From Candidatus Wolframiiraptor sinensis (lineage in GTDB: Archaea; Thermoproteota; Nitrososphaeria_A; Caldarchaeales; Wolframiiraptoraceae), in the NCBI GenBank assembly GCA_023261815.1, contig JALNKA010000005.1:1-52515 (forward strand): a stretch of DNA of 52,515 nt. Direction: 5' to 3'. Of the stretch, positions 27,822 through 37,239 are shown one piece after another; positions within the stretch are counted from its first letter, which is position 1; each line of letters opens with the position of its first letter. The translations under genes and the position numbers were made by a program. The notes beneath the pieces are model-generated. The model worked only from the letters and a program-made list of their open reading frames with translations, ran no database searches and was not told where the DNA came from.

Positions 27822-29009
27822 TTAGCTCTTGGCCCCGAGCTCCTCAAAGATGCCCTTAAGCGCGCTTAACGGAGCATCGGTCTTCACGCCGCTCGGGTCT
27901 ATGTGTGTCGCCGACGCCCTGTAGCCCAGCTCCCTGAGCTTCTCGACGAGCATGGATGGCTTGATGGGAGAACATCCAAACGCTCTAGCCAGATGATTTA
28001 CCGGATGATATCCCAGCAGGCCGTGATCCTCCCTCCTCAAGCCATCCAGGAGCTTTATGGATTCGCGGTAGAGCTCGGGCCTCTCCAAGGCCCTCAGATA
28101 CATCTTCTCAGCCAGATCCTTGTCCGCGAGATCCCCTATCCAGACCGGCCCCGCGTAATCGATTCCCCTGCCGCAGGTCTCGCAGGCCGTAATCGGGCTC
28201 TCGAATCTCCCTGCGCTGTAGATGGTCAGGCATGAGGGGCAATAAGAGATCCAGCCTATGCTCTTAAGCGCCTCGTTTGCCAGCCTCCTCCCCCCATGCA
28301 CCTCCGCGAAGACCCGGATGTAATGGTCCTTCGAGAATGAGAGTATGGGCTTGGCCGCGATGCCAAGCCTTGCCGCTGATCTCGCGATGAAGCCTGCGAG
28401 GATCCTGAGGCCGATCTCCTTCGCGAAGGGGGCTCTCAAGGGCTTGGAGTCGTATTTCCTTAAGCATGACTCGGGCTTCGCACCTACGAGCGCCGGCATG
28501 TCTGTGGCCGTTACGCCTATCACGCCTCCCCGCTTACACCCTCTAACACCGTTCTCGATGAATTGCGCGGGCGATCCGGCTGGATCGATATCCACGTAGT
28601 GGTATCTCGGCCTCTCCCTCCCACATCCCGCGAGAAGCTCATTCGCGTCCATGCACGCGACCTCTATGAACTCGCCGAGCTTATTCAGCTCGATGTTCAG
28701 CCTGATGAGCTCGCATGCCCTAGGAGAGATATCGTTCGCGGTCACCTCACCGACCACATCCGTCTCAAGGAGGATCCGGATGCTCCTGACCCCGGCTCCC
28801 GCCAGGGCATCGCACACCCGGATCTTGAATCCCTCGAACTTCGCGGCGAGGAAGATTATGGTCAAGTCGCGATTCGGCTTCGAGAAGGGGTTGAAGAAAA
28901 CGGGCAGGCTTGTCGGAGCGAAATTCCTTCTCTCGGGTATCCTCGGAGAGTAGAATACTGCTCTTCCCTCCCTCCTGAGCTCCAGCTCATAGCCTAGCTC
29001 CGGCCTCAT
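27822..29009 (-). CDS. trm1: tRNA m2,2G26 dimethyltransferase Trm1
   Basis: VFFNP, NRDL, DALAGAGVRSIR, DIDPAGS, VTATD, GPVWIG, KTDAP. Confidence 0.95.
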   Translation of the reverse strand: MRPELGYELELRREGRAVFYSPRIPERRNFAPTSLPVFFNPFSKPNRDLTIIFLAAKFEGFKIRVCDALAGAGVRSIRILLETDVVGEVTANDISPRACELIRLNIELNKLGEFIEVACMDANELLAGCGRERPRYHYVDIDPAGSPAQFIENGVRGCKRGGVIGVTATDMPALVGAKPESCLRKYDSKPLRAPFAKEIGLRILAGFIARSAARLGIAAKPILSFSKDHYIRVFAEVHGGRRLANEALKSIGWISYCPSCLTIYSAGRFESPITACETCGRGIDYAGPVWIGDLADKDLAEKMYLRALERPELYRESIKLLDGLRREDHGLLGYHPVNHLARAFGCSPIKPSMLVEKLRELGYRASATHIDPSGVKTDAPLSALKGIFEELGAKS

Positions 29010-29563
29010 GCTCTCCCAAGCGCCTCCAAGATCTCCCCGACGATCATGCCGGGGATTTCATCGCGATTCTCAGGCGTCAGCGTGATAAGCCTTCTCCCAG
29101 CCAGCTCCTTAACCCTCAGGACCAGTGGGTCCCTAGACTTGTAATGGACCGTGAGGATCGCGTGCTTTCCCGAGCATAGGAGCTTCTCAACCGCCTGCCT
29201 GAACTTCTCGCTGTAGAGCTCCATGGGCCCGACCTCGTCCACCACGACCACGTCCATGCTCTCGAGGGCCTCCAGGATCGCGGCGACGCCTATTCTCTCG
29301 AGATCCTCTAGATTAACCACGTATCTCCCCAGCCTCGGCCCGCTCCTGAGATTGACGCGCGCCAGTATCCCTTCTCCGCCGCCGATGTTCTTGACCGCGA
29401 ACCCGATCCTCCTTCCCCGTTCCCGAACTTCTTGAGTATACATCCCACCAACCTTAACCCCGAGGCCCCTAAGCCTCTCGACTATCCTGAGTATGGCAGT
29501 GGTCTTCCCGGATCCCGGCAACCCGGTCAAAGCGTAAAATATCCTCCTAGATCCCGCGCTCAT
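29006..29563 (-). CDS. NTPase (COG1618/THEP1)
   Basis: TGLPGSGKTT, EVRERGRRIGF, DEVGPMEL. Confidence 0.93.
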   Translation of the reverse strand: MSAGSRRIFYALTGLPGSGKTTAILRIVERLRGLGVKVGGMYTQEVRERGRRIGFAVKNIGGGEGILARVNLRSGPRLGRYVVNLEDLERIGVAAILEALESMDVVVVDEVGPMELYSEKFRQAVEKLLCSGKHAILTVHYKSRDPLVLRVKELAGRRLITLTPENRDEIPGMIVGEILEALGRA

Positions 29564-29622
29564 CCCCGATGAATCGCGTCCACATTCGATAAAGAATATT
29601 CCCCCATCTCGACTCGCTGGCT

Positions 29623-30345
29623 TTATTCGATGATCACGAGCTCGAGCGGCGAGGCCGGCCTGAGCGGTATGAGGCTGCCGAGCCCCCTCGAGACATATAG
29701 GATGGAGCTGCCGAGGTTGTAGAGTCCCCGCGTATAGGCCGAGTTCGTTAAGATCGTGAGCGGCCCGATCTTCACCCCGCCATGAGTATGGCCCGCGAGA
29801 ATTAGCTCGGCGCCACGGGAATAGAGGGCTACATTCGGATCATGAGCGAGCACTATGTCGGCGCAGCGCCCCTCAACATCATATCTCCTATCATCCCTCC
29901 AGTCCACGCCGAGTATCCTCCCAATCCCGCTCTCCGCGACCTCATTCTGTAGAACCCTGAAGCCGCATTCTTTGAGGAGGCGCTTGAGCTCCATCGTCCT
30001 GCCGCACCAGTAATCATGATTCCCGAGAACAGCATACTTCTCACCGGCATCCATGGACGAGAAGTATGGCCTGACGCGGTCTAGCGGTCCCGTAAGCTCG
30101 TCGATGAAATCTCCGCAGTGGAGGATTATCTCCGGGCTCTCTTCCCGGAGGATCTCTAGAACCTGCCTCTCAACGAGACCGATGCCGTGAGTATGGGTAT
30201 CGGCTAGGAAGGCTGTCTTGGCGCTCAGCCCGAGCCTCAGTCTCGTCACGGTTACCCTCTGCGCCTCAGCATAGGAGTAGAATGTCGCCGCGGCGGCTCC
30301 AGCAATGACGCCCACCAGAAATGCTCTTCTCGAGATCCTCCGCAT
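29623..30345 (-). CDS. Calcineurin-like metallophosphoesterase with Tat signal
   Basis: SRRAFL, DTH, GDFID, GNHD, AHDP, GHTHGG, VSRGLG. Confidence 0.9.
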   Translation of the reverse strand: MRRISRRAFLVGVIAGAAAATFYSYAEAQRVTVTRLRLGLSAKTAFLADTHTHGIGLVERQVLEILREESPEIILHCGDFIDELTGPLDRVRPYFSSMDAGEKYAVLGNHDYWCGRTMELKRLLKECGFRVLQNEVAESGIGRILGVDWRDDRRYDVEGRCADIVLAHDPNVALYSRGAELILAGHTHGGVKIGPLTILTNSAYTRGLYNLGSSILYVSRGLGSLIPLRPASPLELVIIE

Positions 30346-30368
30346 AAGCCACGCTCGCCCCGTGAGAG

Positions 30369-31025
30369 CTAGAACTCATCCAGCCTCCTCTGAGCGAGCT
30401 TGGAGATGGTCCTCCACGTGAGCCTTATGTGATCCCTCTGCACCTCGCCCCTCCTCAATGCCTGGAGGAGAAAGCTCCTCGTCTTGGGATCCGAGGGGTA
30501 TCCGGAGCCGAAGTCACCGAGCTCGGCCTTCAACCTCTCGATAAGCATATCTCTTTCGTGCTTCGCTATGATCGAGGCCGCGGATACGACTGGGTACTTC
30601 CGATCGGCTTTATGCTCGAGGATTAGGGAGCACTTGTGGCCCGTATGACACTCTATCATGGCCCTGAAGTCGTGGTACTTGGTTGAGGGCAGATCCACGT
30701 AGGCGGCATCGGGCTTAAGCCTATCTATCAGCTTCGCGATAATCTTGGCCTCGAGCTCGTTGATCCCCCCGGCGCCGCTTCTTCTCGTGGATTCATCCAC
30801 GATCCGGGCATCGACGACCATGATCTCAACCCTCTCGGCGATCTCCTTTATCAGCTTGGAGAGCTCGGCTCTAATGCCGGGCGTGAGCTCCTTCGAGTCC
30901 CTGACACCGAGCTCGACGAGCTCGCCTACCCTCGACTGAGCCACTAGAACTCCGGCGACCACCATGGGGCCTATGACCGCGCCTCTACCCGCCTCATCTA
31001 TCCCGCATATCCTCAACAACCCCAC
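30369..31025 (-). CDS. rnhB: Ribonuclease HII
   Basis: GIDEAGRG, DSK, VSAASIIAK, GSGYPSDP; PIP-like QRRLDEF. Confidence 0.96.
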   Translation of the reverse strand: MGLLRICGIDEAGRGAVIGPMVVAGVLVAQSRVGELVELGVRDSKELTPGIRAELSKLIKEIAERVEIMVVDARIVDESTRRSGAGGINELEAKIIAKLIDRLKPDAAYVDLPSTKYHDFRAMIECHTGHKCSLILEHKADRKYPVVSAASIIAKHERDMLIERLKAELGDFGSGYPSDPKTRSFLLQALRRGEVQRDHIRLTWRTISKLAQRRLDEF

Positions 31026-31111
31026 TCAAGCAATCAAGAATGATAAGGTTTTGCCCCGAGCATGTGAGGTCTTTAAATATCTCATTCTAGAAGCCCCATG
31101 GTTGGATCGGG

Positions 31112-32182
31112 ATGAGCTACTTGAGCCGGATAAAGAGGCTCATGGAGGCTTTGAGGGGAGATGGGTTGAGTGGAGCGCTTATCAGGAGCCCCGCGAACAT
31201 CTTTTACTTCACTGGATACCGGGGCTCGGGCTTCTTGCTGGTTCCGATGGATGGTCTTCCAACGCTCTATGTCTCTCCGCTGAACTTCGAGCTCGCGGAG
31301 GAATCGACTCCGGGGGAGATTCAGGTGATTAAGCTGGAGCAGGGCCTCAATATTCTCAGGATCTTCGAGCTCATACCAGAGAATCTCAGGACTAGGATTG
31401 GGTTCGACTCGATGGAGGCGGAGGATTATCTCAAGATCTCCGGGCAGCTCGCCGGCTCGATGATACCAATCTCCCAAAACATCTGGAAGCTCAGAATAGT
31501 TAAGGATGAGCTTGAGATCGAGAAGATAAGAAGGGCATGTGAGATTTCTTCGAGGTGCATGGAGCTCGCATCGGAGCTGCTGGGAGAAGGTCTCATGGAA
31601 TATGAAGTCAAGTCTGAGATATTGAGGGAGATGCTGAGCCTCGGTGGAGATGGGCCTGCATTCGACCCGATAGTAGCATCGGGCCCGAACTCCTCAAAGC
31701 CCCATGGAGCATACAAGAACAGGATGATCGAGATGGGGGATGTCGTCGTGATCGATCTCGGCGTCGTATACGAGGGCTACTGCTCGGACATCACGAGAAC
31801 ATTTTACTTGGGGTCGAGGTCGGAGGAGGTGTCCAGAGTGCATCAAGCCGTCTCGGAGGCCAAGCGCAGGGCAGAAGAAGCCATCAAAGTGGGCGTAAAA
31901 GCCTCGGATGCTTATCGAGTGGCACATGAGCACCTCGCGTCAGCGGGCTACGCCGAATACTTCTTGCACGGACTCGGCCATGGCGTGGGAATAGAGATAC
32001 ATGAACCCCCGAAGCTATTCAAGGACTCAGATGAGATCCTAGTCGAGGGCATGATAATAACCGTGGAGCCCGGGGTATACTTCCCGGGAAAATTCGGCGT
32101 CAGAATCGAGGACACAGTTCTGATTAAGAGGGATGGTATTGAGAGGTTGACGTCAGCGCCCCAGGGCCTAGCTCTTGACTAG
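31112..32182 (+). CDS. pepQ: Xaa-Pro peptidase (M24B)
   Basis: YCSDITRT, HGLGHGVGIEIHE, TVEPGVY, GVRIED. Confidence 0.92.
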   Translation: MSYLSRIKRLMEALRGDGLSGALIRSPANIFYFTGYRGSGFLLVPMDGLPTLYVSPLNFELAEESTPGEIQVIKLEQGLNILRIFELIPENLRTRIGFDSMEAEDYLKISGQLAGSMIPISQNIWKLRIVKDELEIEKIRRACEISSRCMELASELLGEGLMEYEVKSEILREMLSLGGDGPAFDPIVASGPNSSKPHGAYKNRMIEMGDVVVIDLGVVYEGYCSDITRTFYLGSRSEEVSRVHQAVSEAKRRAEEAIKVGVKASDAYRVAHEHLASAGYAEYFLHGLGHGVGIEIHEPPKLFKDSDEILVEGMIITVEPGVYFPGKFGVRIEDTVLIKRDGIERLTSAPQGLALD

Positions 32183-32967
32183 GCGCCGAACCTCCTTCGC
32201 CTCCTCTGATAAGTCCTAATAGCCCTCATCAGGTCTATCTTCCGGAACTCCGGCCAGTAAACATCCAGGAAGATGAGCTCACTGTAAGCAGACTGCCATA
32301 GGAGGAAGTTGCTTATCCTCTCCTCGCCCGACGTCCTTATTATCATGTCCGGATCCGGTATCGGGAGATCAGCCGTGTAGAGGTATTTGCTCATCACTTC
32401 CTCGTTGATATCCTCTATCCTCAGCCTCCCGGCCAAGACATCTCTCGCGAGCTTCCTTGCTGCATCCGTTATCTCCGCCCTGCCACCATAGGCGATCGCC
32501 AGGTTCACGTAAAAATTATCGTATCCTCTCGTCTTCTCTTCGAGCCTCTCCAGCAGGCTCCTCAAGTCATCCGGGAGAAGCTCCTTCCTCCCGAGAACCT
32601 TCACCCTTATCTTATGCTTGTGCACCAGGTCCCCGTTGAGCACGTTCCAGACCTTCTCATGCAGTATCTTGAAGAGCTCCTCAAGCTCCCTCCTACTCCT
32701 CTTGAAATTCTCGGTGGAGAGGGCGAAGAAGGTTACAACCTTTATCCCGAGCTCGAGGCACCACTTGATAACCTCCTCAACCTTCTCCGCACCGACTTTA
32801 TGGCCGTACCATGGATCCAGCCCTCTCTCCTGAGCCCACCTCCTATTTCCATCCATTATGACCGCCACGTGTGATGGTATCTCGCCCCGCGATATCATCT
32901 TGCCGAGCCACTTCTCGTAGAGCTTGTAGGCGCCGAAAATTCTCAGTAGCCTCTGGATAGCGCTCAT
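32179..32967 (-). CDS. uppS: cis-prenyltransferase UppS
   Basis: HVAVIMDGNRRWA, STENFKR, YGGRAEI, IRTSGEERISNFLLWQ. Confidence 0.96.
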   Translation of the reverse strand: MSAIQRLLRIFGAYKLYEKWLGKMISRGEIPSHVAVIMDGNRRWAQERGLDPWYGHKVGAEKVEEVIKWCLELGIKVVTFFALSTENFKRSRRELEELFKILHEKVWNVLNGDLVHKHKIRVKVLGRKELLPDDLRSLLERLEEKTRGYDNFYVNLAIAYGGRAEITDAARKLARDVLAGRLRIEDINEEVMSKYLYTADLPIPDPDMIIRTSGEERISNFLLWQSAYSELIFLDVYWPEFRKIDLMRAIRTYQRRRRRFGA

Positions 32968-33005
32968 CTCCGCCCGGAGTTTACTGGGGAGGGCTGGTGA
33001 TAACC

Positions 33006-34184
33006 TTAATGCCCCGCCTTCCTTCTAAAGTAGCCGGAGTAAGCTTTTCGCATTACTCTAGTAACCCATATCGTTACGATCATCGTCACCATCCCCAGTA
33101 TTGCCGTGACTATCAGCAGGAGGACGTGCGGGTTCTCGAAGCCTCCGGATGCCCCGACGACGAGTATTATGCCCGCTCTCTTCAGTAGAGCCCAGAGCCA
33201 CGCGAGGAGCACGGACCCCCGGACCATGAGCCAGAAGCTGGGATCGCGCGTGAACAGGTAGTAGACGATGTTCGAGAAGAGTATTAGGAAGATGGCGATC
33301 GAGATCACGTCTATGGAGCTGGCGATGTATGTTCCCACAATGAAGGGCGTCTTCTCAAGCCACCAGAGAACATGAGTCGAGAACTCGGGGGCCTCGGGAT
33401 AAGCCTCTTGTACGGCTTTCAGAGTCGAGATGTAGCCCGTGTAGAATCCCATCAGGAGGAGGAGCACCGACGTGAAGACCGCGTAGGCTCTTAGCTGAGC
33501 GTAAGGAGGCATCCTGAAGAGCTTCATCGCATTCCTGAAGCTCGAGGCAACCTTCTGATCCAAGCCGAAGCCCCTCATGATGAAGTATATTCCGATGGCC
33601 GAGAGGACGAAGGGCAGAGATGCCACGTTGAGTATGTAGAGTATCCCTATTATCGCCATCAAGAGCCCCGGTATTCCAAGGAATATCTTGGAGTACCTCG
33701 GCTCGGTGAATATGAGCTTCAGGTATCTTCCGAGAACGAGCCATGTCTGCTCGACGGCCTCACTGTGTCTCACGACAACCCTTCTAACGGATATTATTGG
33801 GAGCTTGGAGGTGATTATCGGAGTCACGAATTGATCTGTCACGCCATCGCTCACGAGCACGCAGGCTTCGGCCTTGAATCTCTTGAGAACCTCCTCGAGC
33901 TCGCTCATTATCTTCATGTCCGCCTCGAGGCCCTCGCCCTCCCTTCCAGCGACCGTGGCTATTTCGACGCCGCCTCCGAGCTTCCCTGAAAGCTCCCGAT
34001 AGACCTTCAGGGCTCCGAATATGGCGTTGGCGTCAGCTTCCTCGGGATCGGCCAACAATAGTGCCTGAGCTGCCCTGAGGTTCTCCTCAAACCCTATTAT
34101 GGGTGTGGAGATGCCGGTCTTCCTACCAATATCATCGTCGCGATCAACCACCAGGATCAGTAGTTTCTTCGGCGGCTCAGTCAT
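33006..34184 (-). CDS. DUF373 family membrane protein
   Basis: VDRDDDIG, DPEEADAN, VSDG, RRVVV, multiple TMs. Confidence 0.9.
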   Translation of the reverse strand: MTEPPKKLLILVVDRDDDIGRKTGISTPIIGFEENLRAAQALLLADPEEADANAIFGALKVYRELSGKLGGGVEIATVAGREGEGLEADMKIMSELEEVLKRFKAEACVLVSDGVTDQFVTPIITSKLPIISVRRVVVRHSEAVEQTWLVLGRYLKLIFTEPRYSKIFLGIPGLLMAIIGILYILNVASLPFVLSAIGIYFIMRGFGLDQKVASSFRNAMKLFRMPPYAQLRAYAVFTSVLLLLMGFYTGYISTLKAVQEAYPEAPEFSTHVLWWLEKTPFIVGTYIASSIDVISIAIFLILFSNIVYYLFTRDPSFWLMVRGSVLLAWLWALLKRAGIILVVGASGGFENPHVLLLIVTAILGMVTMIVTIWVTRVMRKAYSGYFRRKAGH

Positions 34185-34234
34185 TTATTTTCCGCACACG
34201 TTGAATCTTGGAATAAGGACGAAATAAGGCTTGC

Positions 34235-35140
34235 TCATCTCTTCTCAACTAGCTTCTCCAGCTCCTCCCCATCCTCCATTAATGCCTTGAACTCCTCGAA
34301 GGATAGCTTCCTCCCAGTGGCCAGCTTTAAGCGGGCCTCAGCCTTAAGCTTCTCCTTGACCATCTCGGCCCTCCTCTTCTCCTCCTGCTGCTTGAGCTTC
34401 TCGAGCTTCTCCTGAAGCTCGATGAGCCTCGATGAGGCCAGTATCTTCTCGGCTTCGAGCTCCATGAGCCTTCTCCTGGCATCCACATATTTCGCGTGCC
34501 ACTCGTCGCTCCTCTGCTTTAGCTCTTGAATCTTCTCCCTTAAGGCCTTCCTCTGCTCGAAGCTCGCGCTCAGCTCCTCCTTCAGGGCTCCAATCCTCTT
34601 TCTCAAGGACTCGATCTCCCCCTCGATCACCGCAACCCCCTCTTCCAGAGCCTGGAGTCTCGACTGAAGCTCCTCCCTCCTGACTACTTGCTCGAGCCTT
34701 GCATGGAGCTCCTCGAGCAGCTCGCTCAACCTCTTCTCCTCCTCCTTCAGAAGAGGCCCCGTCTGTATTCTCCAGTCTATCTCCTGTATCCTCGCCTCTA
34801 TCTCCTCCCTGGATTCCTTGACCGCTCGCAGCTTTCTGAGCTCGGCTCTAACGGCTTTCAGCTCCTGCCTTGCAGACCTCAGCTCTTCCTTTTTTGACGC
34901 GAGCTCCTCCCTGAGCTTGGCCAGAGCATCGCGCCTCTCTCCATCAGCCTCCCTCAGGCCCCTCAGCTTCTCGACATAGGGCTTAAGCTCCTCGTGAATC
35001 TTATCTCTCTTTTCCGCGTATCTTCTAGCCTCCTCCTCGACCTCGCTAATCTTCATGTTGAGCTGCCTCAGCTTCTCCCTCAGCTCTAGAACCTCGCTCT
35101 CTATCCTCTCGTACTCGCTCATGGAGGACATAACTCTCAC
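34235..35140 (-). CDS. Archaeal coiled-coil protein (COG1340-like)
   Basis: Continuous heptads, IQT, C-terminal GRKLSFEEF. Confidence 0.8.
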   Translation of the reverse strand: MRVMSSMSEYERIESEVLELREKLRQLNMKISEVEEEARRYAEKRDKIHEELKPYVEKLRGLREADGERRDALAKLREELASKKEELRSARQELKAVRAELRKLRAVKESREEIEARIQEIDWRIQTGPLLKEEEKRLSELLEELHARLEQVVRREELQSRLQALEEGVAVIEGEIESLRKRIGALKEELSASFEQRKALREKIQELKQRSDEWHAKYVDARRRLMELEAEKILASSRLIELQEKLEKLKQQEEKRRAEMVKEKLKAEARLKLATGRKLSFEEFKALMEDGEELEKLVEKR

Positions 35141-35910
35141 CTCAGCTCCAGATCCTCTTCTAGGAGGAATCTGGTGAGCGTGGCATGCAGCTCGGAGAGC
35201 CCCTCCATAGTCATGGAGGAGACGGGGACTATGGGCATGCTGGCTATTATGTCCCGGAGGGTCTCAGCGATCTCGCGCGAGAAGCTCATCAGCCTGCCCC
35301 GCGTCATGTTCTCGAGATCCAAGAGAAGCGTGTCGAAGGATTCGCTCCAGGCCTCCAGCTTCTCGACATCCTCCGGCGAGATCGCGTCTATCTTGTTCAG
35401 GGCGTGGACCATGGGCATCCCCAGAGAGAAGTAGACGGAGGCTGAGAGAAACATGCTTGAGATGAAGTTCTTCACCACGTTGCAGAACATCGGGTCCAAG
35501 ACGAAGACCATGGCCTTCCTATCCTTGAATCCTATGTTCTCGGCCAGGATATATCCCTCCTGCCTGAAGGCGAAGAGCTCGAGCTGCCCCGGAGTATCAA
35601 CGATAACGTAGTCAGCGTTATAGGAGTTGACCTCCTCTCTTATCTCCTCGACGTGCCTGGCGGCCTCCCTGATCGAGGCTATAAGCGCCGCGTTAGGCCC
35701 TAGTCGCCTAGTAGACATGATCCTCTCATAGTCCACGAAGTCCCTGATATCAACGTCCGGCTCATAGGGAATGACCTGGACGGCCGGATCAAGATTCACT
35801 AAAACCACGAACTTATCTTGAGATCTGAGCCAGTCTCCATAAGCCGACGTGAGCGTGGATTTGCCCGAGCCAGCCGTGCCAACCACGAATACCGTATTCA
35901 CGCTGCCCAC
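35137..35910 (-). CDS. GPN-loop GTPase
   Basis: GTAGSGKS, NLDPA, LGPN, DTPGQLE, NKID. Confidence 0.95.
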   Translation of the reverse strand: MGSVNTVFVVGTAGSGKSTLTSAYGDWLRSQDKFVVLVNLDPAVQVIPYEPDVDIRDFVDYERIMSTRRLGPNAALIASIREAARHVEEIREEVNSYNADYVIVDTPGQLELFAFRQEGYILAENIGFKDRKAMVFVLDPMFCNVVKNFISSMFLSASVYFSLGMPMVHALNKIDAISPEDVEKLEAWSESFDTLLLDLENMTRGRLMSFSREIAETLRDIIASMPIVPVSSMTMEGLSELHATLTRFLLEEDLELR

Positions 35911-35953
35911 CTCCCCCGCATTCCTCGAGTAAGCATTACCAGTGTTAGCCCGG

Positions 35954-36241
35954 CTAGAAGATACCCGAGAAGCCCGAGAGCATCTTCTCGTCCTCGCTTC
36001 TCAAAATCCTCAAAACCTCCTCCTTCTCCTCGCCTTTAACCTCTACCGCGAGGTCTTTGGCCAGTTCGAGAGCGCGCCCGCACTGCTCCTCGCTCCCGAT
36101 TACTCGTATGTAGACGCCGCTCTTCCCGAGGATCCCGGCATCCCGGGAGATCACGTTGGCCCTGGATACTAGGTCATCCTTCAGCAGCATGTTCATGAGC
36201 TTCTCACCGGCATCCTTCTCGGCGTAAAGGACGAGCTCCAT
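35954..36241 (-). CDS. Small hypothetical protein
   Basis: 95 aa with SD GGTGA; co-oriented with the GPN gene. Confidence 0.75.
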   Translation of the reverse strand: MELVLYAEKDAGEKLMNMLLKDDLVSRANVISRDAGILGKSGVYIRVIGSEEQCGRALELAKDLAVEVKGEEKEEVLRILRSEDEKMLSGFSGIF

Positions 36242-36253
36242 GTCATCACCCTC

Positions 36254-36460
36254 TTATTTCTTGGATGAGGTCCACCATTCTAGGTATTCGGCATATTTCC
36301 TCCTCTTCTTCTCCTCCGCTTCTAAGCCCGCCTCGATGCCCCTTCTCGCATCAGCTATCAGATCCTGAGGGGTGTAGATGAGCCCGCAGCCCGGGCAAAC
36401 GTAGGAGCGCGTATTTCGGTCGTAGATGATCTTCGCCCCGCACTCGCGACAGTAGGGCAA
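36254..36460 (-). CDS. Small zinc-ribbon protein
   Basis: CREC...CPGC, YLEWW. TTG start with TTTAATA upstream. Confidence 0.8.
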   Translation of the reverse strand: MPYCRECGAKIIYDRNTRSYVCPGCGLIYTPQDLIADARRGIEAGLEAEEKKRRKYAEYLEWWTSSKK

Positions 36461-36518
36461 CCCTGGATCGTCCCTCGCTTAAATCGCGCAGCTATTAAAC
36501 TTTAGGGGACGTAGAATT

Positions 36519-36605
36519 AAGGGAAAAGAGGGGTGGTAGGAGGGGAGGGGCACTTGGACAGCCCTTCACCCGCATGAAGTATTGCATCACTCCCATGCGG
36601 AGCAA
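36519..36605 (-). ncRNA. Unclassified structured repeat / candidate small RNA, copy 2
   Basis: Reverse complement reads TTGCTCCGCATGGGAGTG-[atgcaatacttcat]-GCGGGTGAAGGGCTGTCCAAGTGCCCCTCCC...CACCCCTCTTTTCCCTT. Confidence 0.55.
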
Positions 36606-36728
36606 GTAATAGCTGATTACGGGCCTCATTAGGGCTTTTATCCTGCCCCTCCGCCCGCGATAGCCTCATTATAGGTCTTCAGAATTCCCAGTAACCTCCC
36701 GGGGACCGGAGGAGATTTATACGGGCTT

Positions 36729-36830
36729 GAGGATTATCTGTGGATTGACGCTTTGGGTGGATGTCATAGTGTTAGGAGGGTTTTCGCGCCCATTATTCTG
36801 CCCTCGGAGTCCCCTGACCGCTGAGGATGA
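36729..36830. repeat. Dispersed repeat copy B (partner at 206-290)
   Basis: Direct alignment with copy A. Confidence 0.9.
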
Positions 36831-37056
36831 GCTTGCGTCCGGCGCTCCTTAATGCCTGGAGGGCTGGCTGGGAGACGATGTAGTATGTGTTTGGCTGGGG
36901 CTCCGGTAGCCCCTCGACCTCGCCGTATTCCACGCGGTTTATGGGTATGCCTCCAATCCTGGCGACCCGTCCACTGGGGGGTATGGATAATATGCCTCGA
37001 TCCGTATAAATGGTTATCTCGTGGAGGGTGAGATTAACGAGCCTCACGCCCTCCAC
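36764..37056 (-). pseudogene. Decayed small virus/MGE-type gene (LVNLTxH...IPPSGxVAR...YGEVEGLPEP...YIVS...VRDxEGRIxG)
   Basis: The track ORF stops at 36793. The true C-terminus (DSEGRIMGAKTLLTL*) is in another frame, with an extra base relative to copy A and apparent internal deletions. Confidence 0.7.
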
Positions 37057-37239
37057 GACCCAGCCCCTGAAAGCCGATGAAAATGGCCGAGATTATAAGG
37101 CTTCATGGACGCAAAGGAAAAATGGTTCGCGACGACATTTCATCGCCAAGCATACTCGGCCCATGTGAGGTAATAATTCCTAAAAACTATAAACTATTTT
37201 AGGGCGCTCGCATCCGTTTTTAACCTTGGAGGAGTAGGA

